This document shows, piece by piece, positions 26,110 through 32,000 of a stretch of DNA of 32,000 nt. The translations under genes and the position numbers were made by a program. The DNA is from Candidatus Kuenenia stuttgartensis (GTDB lineage Bacteria; Planctomycetota; Brocadiia; Brocadiales; Brocadiaceae). The stretch's first letter is position 1, and every line of letters begins with the position of its first letter. The notes under the pieces were generated by a model, which did no database searches, was not told where the DNA came from, and saw nothing but the letters and a program-made list of their open reading frames with translations. Location: NCBI RefSeq assembly GCF_900232105.1, contig NZ_LT934425.1, forward strand, positions 210,001 to 242,000, read 5' to 3'.

Positions 26110-27705
26110 TTACATGCTATTGAACTTTGCAATCAACATTGGCACACCAATTATGGTTATCATTCTCGCCATGTTAAAACAGGTTGATAGAATTGATAGT
26201 TCTGCATCAACCCCTTCCCTGCCCCGCAATAAAAATTGACCGGCTCCTAAATTCCGTTTCATATGACCAAATTGTAATTCTACCTTTTCTTTACGCAATT
26301 TATAGAGCTTCTGGCTTTCTTCCTCGTGGTATATTTCTTCGAGTCGCTCTTTAAGTTCTTCTAGTTTTACCATTCGCACTACCCGCCTACCATCTTTGCA
26401 GGTAGTGCATTTTCCAAAATGCCGGCATTCACGACACTCTTTACCTACGGCCTTGTAACTTACTTTCTCCTCAGAACCAAATGCGAATCCTTTCTTCTCA
26501 AGTATCTTTCCTTCAGGACAAATATATACATCCTTTTCCTTATCGTAGCTAAACTCTTCCTTACCAAACGGCTCTAACTCCGTTTTCTTGTTCTCTTTTT
26601 GCGCCTGCCTTCTGCCCGGCATTATTACCTTTACATCTTCCGGTACTTTCTCTATATCTTTAAGACTGAAATATCCCGCATCGCTCACTACCTCTGCCGG
26701 CGGCTTCCCCAAGGTTTCTGTACACTGTTTCACCTGCCCTGAGAGTTGATTCAGATCGTTGTTCTGACTAACGGCTTCGCTGTTTACTATTAATCCGTGT
26801 TTCTTGTCCGTGCTTACCTGGCAATTCATTATTGCATGACTCCCCTGCCTTCAGACTGGGTCAAATGAACTTTGTTGTCTCAAAAGTGGGGGCAACTCCT
26901 CGCATTATGCCTGTTTTAGACCATATTTAGTGCTGTTTTCCCATTAAAGTGGAGAATGCCTGTCGTAAAATAGGATAAAATTGTCCATTTGACCCAGTCT
27001 GCTTGTCTTGCCATTGACACTATCACTATCCGTAGTATTGATCTTCTCTTTACCGCTCTCCTTGAGTTTCTTCGATATCTCTTTTACCTTCGCCTGCAAT
27101 TTCTCATTGCTCTGAAGCTCTTCTTTTAGCTTCACTAATGACCCCTTACTGTCTTCTTCCTTGTCTATCCGTTCGGCTTCTTCCATTATCCTTTCTATAT
27201 TTTTCTCCGCTATCTCTAAATATTTCCCGCACTTCTTTTCATCCCACGTATTATTTATAGAGGCATTCGCCCTGAATTTACTCCCGTCTATAAACAAGAT
27301 GTTTCCCGCTATCAATCCAATCTCTATACAGAATTTTACATTCTGATTTAAAACCTGCTTTATCGCTTCTTTATTCTCTCTGCGAAATCTCGATATCGTA
27401 CGGTAATCAGGTTTTATACCGGATACTAACCACATGAAGGATAGATTATGATAGTACGCCCTTTCCAGTCTGCGGGAACTCCTTTCCCCATAGGCATATC
27501 CATATACGATTAATTTTAAGAGCGCCCTTGGATGATATTCATGCGCACCGGCTTTATACGCATTGATCTCAAAACCCATTTCCTGAAGGTCTAAGCTCTC
27601 TATAAATGCATCATACGCCCTCACAGGATCTTCTTTTCCTACATAATCTTGTATTACCGGTGGAAAAAGTGTGTTTTGATCTCTGTTCCCTATAATATAT
27701 GCCAT
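26110..27705 (-). pseudogene. IS1182-family transposase split by a MITE insertion
   Basis: N-part (27004-27705): HPRALLKLIVYGYAYGERSSRRLERA..DYRTISRFRREN..INTTDSDSVNGKT. C-part (26110-26848): RQGSHAIMNCQVSTDKKHGLIV..VVSDAGYFS..CRECRHFGKCT..FGHMKRNLGAGQFLLRG. Removing 26852-27000 plus one CTT restores the frame. Confidence 0.8.
26852..27000. mobile_element. 149-bp MITE with the IS1182 element's own termini, 3-bp duplication CTT
   Basis: cagactgggtcaaatg at 26852-26867 is the reverse complement of 26985-27000. CTT lies at 26849-26851 and 27001-27003. Confidence 0.85.
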
Positions 27706-27996
27706 ATTCCCCTTGTCTCCTCGTTTAATGCAATCATGTGTGATGAAAACAAACCGTAAAATAGATTTATCTCTTTATTTTACAAGTGGTTATGTTAGCA
27801 TAAACCATACGGATAGTCAAGGGTTTTTTGACTTTAATTTGTTGATTTATAAATACTTACGTCATTTTACCTATGTCTGGCCAAAACCTGTACACAACGA
27901 CTGCCTGGCGAACGGTTGTTTGGCTGAAAATAGTTTCTTATTTCCCTATGTGACCTTTTTAGGCCATAAATGTTTTTCATTTGACCCAGTCTGCCA

Positions 27997-28162
27997 GTTT
28001 GGGAACGCAATTGCACTGGAAACTTTGTTTCCAGTGAGGGTCTGACTTGACAAATTACAAACTGTCTGAACCCTGTGATTTTATTTCCTATCTATCAGCA
28101 AACAGGCGAGAAACCGGAGTTTCTCGAACAAATGCATTCCCAAACTGGAGTTTGGGAACGAG
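27997..28162. repeat. cluster of short REP-like hairpins sharing an AAAC-loop-GTTT core
   Basis: gtttgggaacg (the half left by the IS insertion); cactggaaac-ttt-gtttccagtg at 28014-28036; gagaaac-cgga-gtttctc at 28108-28125; ttcccaaac-tgga-gtttgggaa at 28137-28158. Related copies lie at 2101-2129, 3809-3830, 21678-21714 and 25917-25959. Confidence 0.7.
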
Positions 28163-28309
28163 CCGTGTATCGTTTACGCTGAATAGTTACCATTAATAAT
28201 AATAAAAAGAAAATAATTTTACACGTAAAAACTGAATTTTATCTTACATTAAATTAGATTAGATTAGATTAACGTCGCTATGTCCGAAAGATGGACATTG
28301 CGTTGAAAC

Positions 28310-28350
28310 AAAAAAAGCCACACAACGATTATTACTTTTCATTGTGTGGC
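28310..28350 (-). terminator. possible rho-independent terminator (9-bp stem followed by T7 on the minus strand)
   Basis: gccacacaa / ttgtgtggc with a 16-nt loop. On the minus strand it is followed by TTTTTTT (28310-28316). The loop is large and no clear upstream gene is visible. Confidence 0.3.
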
Positions 28351-28500
28351 CTATCCTTTGACAGGCAACATAAAACATTGCCCCTCTCGTTTCTGCCCCC
28401 AACCTTTGCCATTAGGTATGCTATATAAAAAATCTATGAAGTCAAACTAAAAAATAACACAAAAACGCAACTATTCAGCATAAACATTACACAACTCCCG

Positions 28501-28530
28501 GCGTGTTCAGGTTTGCAAACCTGAACACGC
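28501..28530. repeat. perfect 30-bp palindrome gcgtgttcaggtttgcaaacctgaacacgc
   Basis: Self-complementary over all 30 bp. It lies in a noncoding stretch. Confidence 0.7.
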
Positions 28531-28686
28531 TAAGGAAATATCATTAGTCACATTGGTCATTGGTAAATTTGTAGTGAATTTTTTAATCTGTGCAATCGTT
28601 CGACTGAGCTCACGACGAAGTCTGTGTAATCTGTGGTTCCCCTTTTTGTAAGTTTTTCTTTGTGTCATTTATGTTCTGTATCCTTT

Positions 28687-28840
28687 GTACTACTATCCAT
28701 CAACTTCTTGTTTCTAATACTCGTTTTTCAGAATGCATAACCGTAAGGCATTAATTAGATGAGGCTTCCGTAAAGTTTGGAGCATTTGTTTTTTGTCGTT
28801 CGAATTTGTTTCGGATTTTGATATTAGAATTTCAAATTTG
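28687..28840. repeat. about 155-bp dispersed repeat, copy B
   Basis: Aligns with 9853-10008 in the same orientation. This copy has no IS21 context. Confidence 0.75.
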
Positions 28841-28930
28841 TCAAAAAAACAAACGATAGTATTCGTTATTCAGTACCAAGTAACTTTTTTAGTTGCGGCT
28901 ATAGTGCACTAGCCCCAGTTTATAAATTAG

Positions 28931-30828
28931 GTTGGGTTTTTAAAACGGATGTTCACCCCTGCCAAAACGCATAAGTGCTTAATACATAGTTTGTTAAGGC
29001 TGTATTTTTAATAAATATGTAGTCACTAATATATTGTTATTATACGACAATATACTTGACGGATAATGGTTGTTATCTGTACAATGGTGGACATGCATAT
29101 TGTAGAGAACAAGTCAAAATCCGGTAAAAAAATCTATCGATCTACCCTTCTGCGGGAATCGTACCGTGAGGATGGGAAGGTCAAGAAACGCACCATTGCG
29201 AATCTGTCGAATTGCACTCCCCTGGAGATTGAAGCGATAAGACTTGCACTCGCACATAAAGACGATCTCTGTGCATTGGGCGCATTGTCAGAATCGGTGA
29301 AACTCCATGAGGGTTTGTCTGTGGGAGCAGCGTGGAGCGTGTACCAAGTGGCAAAGGAATTAGGGATAGAAGAGGCATTGGGAAAGGACTTTGAAGGAAA
29401 GCTGGCGCTTTGGCAAGTAATGGCAAGGGTAATAGGCCGGGGGTCAAGACTGTCTGCAGTAAGGCTGGCGCAGATACATGCTGCGGGTGACGTCCTGGAT
29501 ATGAAGCGTGGGTTTGACGAGAACAATCTGTACGATAATTTGTCATGGTTGTCAGAGAATCAGGCAAAGATAGAGCGAAAGCTGTTTGAGTTAAGACGAG
29601 GAGGCAATAAGCCGAAGTTGTTTTTGTATGACGTGACGAGCAGTTATTTAGAGGGGAAGTCGAATCATTTTGGTGAGTACGGGTATAATCGTGACGGCAA
29701 AAAGAGGAAAAAACAGATAGTGATCGGTATGCTTTGTGATGAATCCGGGGAGCCGGTATCAACAGAAGTATTTAGGGGCAACACCCAGGATCCGAAGACC
29801 TTTGAATCTCAGGTAAAGAAGGTATTAGAGCGGTTTGGATGCAAAGATGTAACGATTGTAGGAGATCGTGGGATGATCAAGACGGTGCAAATCGAAAGTT
29901 TACCGGAAGGGTTTCATTACATAACGGCGATAACTAAGCCGCAGATAGAGTCGTTGATAAATAAAGGGATACTGCAATTAGGATTGTTCGAAGAAAAGCT
30001 CTGCGAGATAAAGGATGATGAGGTTCGATATATTCTGAGGCGCAATCCGGTAAGGGCGGAAGAGATGTCAAAGACCCGTGTATCAAAATTACAGAGTATA
30101 GAGAAATACATCGTGAAGAAGAACAGTTATCTGAAGGAACATCCTAAGTCGTCAGTATCGAAGGCACTGGAAACAACAAGGGAAAGGCTAACGAGATTGA
30201 AACTTGATGGGTGGGTGCAGATAAAAGAAGAGGATAGGACGCTAAAGATAGAGAGAGATGAGGAAGCATTAAAGGAGGCATCATACCTTGATGGTTGTTA
30301 CGCAATCAAGACTGATCTTGAGGAGAACGAGGCGGATACCAATCTGGTACATGAACGATACAAGGATTTAACGGAAGTGGAGAAGGCGTTTCGGGACTGT
30401 AAGACGGTGAATTTGGAGGTTCGTCCGGTGTATGTAAGAAAGGAGGATAGTACACGGGGACATGTGTTTGTGGTAATGCTTGCGTACATGATAATTCGAA
30501 GGCTGCGCAGAGCGTGGAAGAATTTTGACTTGACGGTAGAGGAAGGTCTCGCACAATTGACGACCATTTGTTCGATGGAAGTAACAATCAAAGGCCAAAA
30601 AGCTAGTTGCCAGAAGATCCCGCGTCCGCGGCAACAATCACATGAATTATTAGAGGCATTACAGATAAAGTTGCCAGAAGTATTGCCAAGCCGGAACATA
30701 CGGGTAGTCACTAGAAAAAAGCTTGCTGTTCGGCGTAAAAGTCAATAAATATAAGGCTTTTACGGCACTTTTGTTTTTTGACTTGGGGTGAACATCCGTT
30801 AAAAGACAAAAACCCAACCTAATTTATA
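28931..30828 (+). mobile_element. IS1634-family (IS4-related) element, 1898 bp
   Basis: Terminal IRs: tataaattaggttgggtttttaaaacggatgttcacccc at 28931 versus ggggtgaacatccgttaaaagacaaaaacccaacctaatttata ending at 30828. I see no clear target duplication. Confidence 0.8.
29066..30748 (+). CDS. IS1634-family DDE transposase, apparently intact
   Basis: 560-aa ORF: HIVENKSKSGKKIYRSTLLRESYREDGKVKKRTIANLS.., YDVTSSYLEG, VGDRGMI, LDGCYAIKTD and VEKAFRDCKTV-LEVRPVYV. The true start is probably the M at 29093. Confidence 0.85.
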   Translation: MVVICTMVDMHIVENKSKSGKKIYRSTLLRESYREDGKVKKRTIANLSNCTPLEIEAIRLALAHKDDLCALGALSESVKLHEGLSVGAAWSVYQVAKELGIEEALGKDFEGKLALWQVMARVIGRGSRLSAVRLAQIHAAGDVLDMKRGFDENNLYDNLSWLSENQAKIERKLFELRRGGNKPKLFLYDVTSSYLEGKSNHFGEYGYNRDGKKRKKQIVIGMLCDESGEPVSTEVFRGNTQDPKTFESQVKKVLERFGCKDVTIVGDRGMIKTVQIESLPEGFHYITAITKPQIESLINKGILQLGLFEEKLCEIKDDEVRYILRRNPVRAEEMSKTRVSKLQSIEKYIVKKNSYLKEHPKSSVSKALETTRERLTRLKLDGWVQIKEEDRTLKIERDEEALKEASYLDGCYAIKTDLEENEADTNLVHERYKDLTEVEKAFRDCKTVNLEVRPVYVRKEDSTRGHVFVVMLAYMIIRRLRRAWKNFDLTVEEGLAQLTTICSMEVTIKGQKASCQKIPRPRQQSHELLEALQIKLPEVLPSRNIRVVTRKKLAVRRKSQ

Positions 30829-30839
30829 TTATTCCATTA

Positions 30840-30956
30840 TAGCCAAACAAATCAAGTTTTGGAAATTCAGGATAACGCAGCATGTAATACACACCCCGTC
30901 TGCTCCGCTACCACCCCTCTTTTTATAGGAGAAAGCCGGAAGTCCCCTCTAAAAAG
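30840..30956. mobile_element. truncated second copy of the IS630-type MITE
   Basis: It starts TA|tagccaaacaaatcaagttttgg, the same terminus as 13719, and contains the G/C-rich module at 30889-30956. The distal terminus is missing, cut by the Tn5-like IS end at 30957. Confidence 0.65.
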
Positions 30957-32000
30957 CTAATCTTTACCCACAAATTTCAAGAGCACCGTAGTTGTACGGC
31001 CAATTGAGCTGAAGGCTAAGTGGTGTAAAGTTCGTAAGCAACTTCAATATCAGCCAAACGTGACATGCCTCGCCAAAGTACTTCACTTCCGGGATGGCCA
31101 TCACCACGGCGACCCAGATGACCGCCAAGTTTACCTAAAAGCCGCACGGCATCATTGAGGCTTGGAGGTAAATCAGGAGGCTCCTTGACCTTGTTCGCAA
31201 AAGTTGTCAATGCTTTCCATTCAGAATCGCTGAAGTAGACAGTACAAGGGACATCAGGTGTTTCTTGTCCTAAAGTAGTCAGGTAATGGATACGCCAAGC
31301 TATAATCATATCAATGGCCAAAGCGTTGCACAGACGACGGGCACTCTCCAACTGCCGGGACTCGACACGACAACCGCTCTTGATAATACGATGATAACAC
31401 TCAATACCCCATCGGCGAGCATACCATTCCAAACGTTCGTAAGCATCTTTTTCATGCTTAACCGCAACTGTAGTTAACAGCATCCATTCTAACCCATCAA
31501 TTCCGATAGGCGGATTGACTTCCTGCGCCAGCACCGCCCACACCCTGACCGCAGGCATATTCTTTTTTAGCATAGGTGGGCGTAGCGTAACAGGCATCGT
31601 TCGTACCATAAGTATTGCCTGACGTGCGGAGCGTTTCTCACTCGGAGGTATCAATATTTCGCGGGTACCTATAACCGGTTGCTGTTCCAGTTTAGTCCAC
31701 AAAAACTCGCATGATTCTTTATCATCAACAACCGTTCTATTGCGCGAACGTTCTGCACGGATCAGCAACTGAGCGCCATCAGGCGTATTATACTGCTCAG
31801 CGAATACCTCGTGAATATCGGCCTCACGATCTGCCACAACCACCAGCAAAGATTTGTTTCGACAGCGTTTCTGTACTTGCGATACTGCATGGTAACTCTC
31901 CACCCATTTCCAGCTTTCCTTCTCTTCGATAGGCTTCTTGTGTCGTTCATGTTTGCTGCCTATTCCGTCCCGCGCCCAGCATTGCACATTCAGAAGTCCC
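30957..32000 (-). mobile_element. IS4-family, Tn5/IS50-like element (one end visible; continues beyond the window)
   Basis: The terminal sequence ctaatctttacccacaaat resembles the Tn5 outside end (CTGACTCTTATACACAAGT), and the transposase gene lies 60 bp inside it. Confidence 0.65.
31016..32000 (-). CDS. Tn5-like IS4-family transposase, partial (N-terminus outside the window)
   Basis: VVADREADIHEVF (second Asp region), YARRWGIECYHRIIKSGC (the Glu/YREK region) and a C-terminal dimerisation-type tail LWRGMSRLADI. The frame is open to position 32000. Confidence 0.85.
   Translation of the reverse strand, partial: GLLNVQCWARDGIGSKHERHKKPIEEKESWKWVESYHAVSQVQKRCRNKSLLVVVADREADIHEVFAEQYNTPDGAQLLIRAERSRNRTVVDDKESCEFLWTKLEQQPVIGTREILIPPSEKRSARQAILMVRTMPVTLRPPMLKKNMPAVRVWAVLAQEVNPPIGIDGLEWMLLTTVAVKHEKDAYERLEWYARRWGIECYHRIIKSGCRVESRQLESARRLCNALAIDMIIAWRIHYLTTLGQETPDVPCTVYFSDSEWKALTTFANKVKEPPDLPPSLNDAVRLLGKLGGHLGRRGDGHPGSEVLWRGMSRLADIEVAYELYTT

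Larger units (their letters stand above)
25961..27993 (-). mobile_element. IS1182-family element (native about 1881 bp) with 3-bp target duplication, carrying an internal MITE
   Basis: The termini cagactgagtcaaat (25961) and catttgacccagtctg (27978-27993) are inverted repeats. CCA is duplicated at 25958-25960 and 27994-27996. The flanks rejoin into the hairpin cgttcccaaact-cca-gtttgggaacg. Confidence 0.8.

Noticed and set aside
30999-31010. 12-nt identity (gccaattgagct) to the D-arm region of tRNA-Thr, considered as a distal att site or tRNA fragment
   Set aside because: The match does not extend. It lies inside the Tn5-like IS end and involves the D-arm rather than the tRNA 3' end. By my rough estimate a 12-mer match to a 73-nt query in about 64 kb of two-strand sequence is plausible by chance.

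Overview
AT-rich bacterial chromosomal segment with anaerobe-like gene content: homodimeric pyruvate:ferredoxin oxidoreductase, bacterioferritin, a hydrogenase maturation protease, KDO8P synthase, an archaeal-type glycogen debranching enzyme and tRNA-Thr. Three short runs of cellular genes are separated by piles of decayed, mutually nested insertion sequences: IS21, IS630, an ISNCY/IS5-like element, IS1182, IS1634, a Tn5-like IS4 element and an rve fragment, plus non-autonomous MITE derivatives. By my coordinates roughly 35-40 % of the window is IS-derived. The best candidate system is a tightly linked two-gene module (14929-19376, minus strand). It pairs an EgtD-type histidine N-methyltransferase with an 1135-aa fusion of a Mo/W-bis-pterin oxidoreductase and a NifS-type cysteine desulfurase. 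This is the architecture I recall for the metallopterin-dependent ergothioneine synthase route. The module sits between IS debris and a tRNA-adjacent integrase remnant. Other points of interest: a GIY-YIG nuclease gene invaded and flanked by a hairpin repeat family, including a 366-bp element with perfect 40-bp terminal inverted repeats; two ISs carrying insertions of their own MITE derivatives inside the transposase gene; an IS1182-like element inserted in the loop of a REP-like hairpin upstream of the PFOR gene; and an XRE-HTH/unknown zinc-ribbon gene pair with a perfect 30-bp palindrome upstream. All calls rest on reading the sequence and ORF translations by eye. No database search was run, and family names come from remembered motifs.
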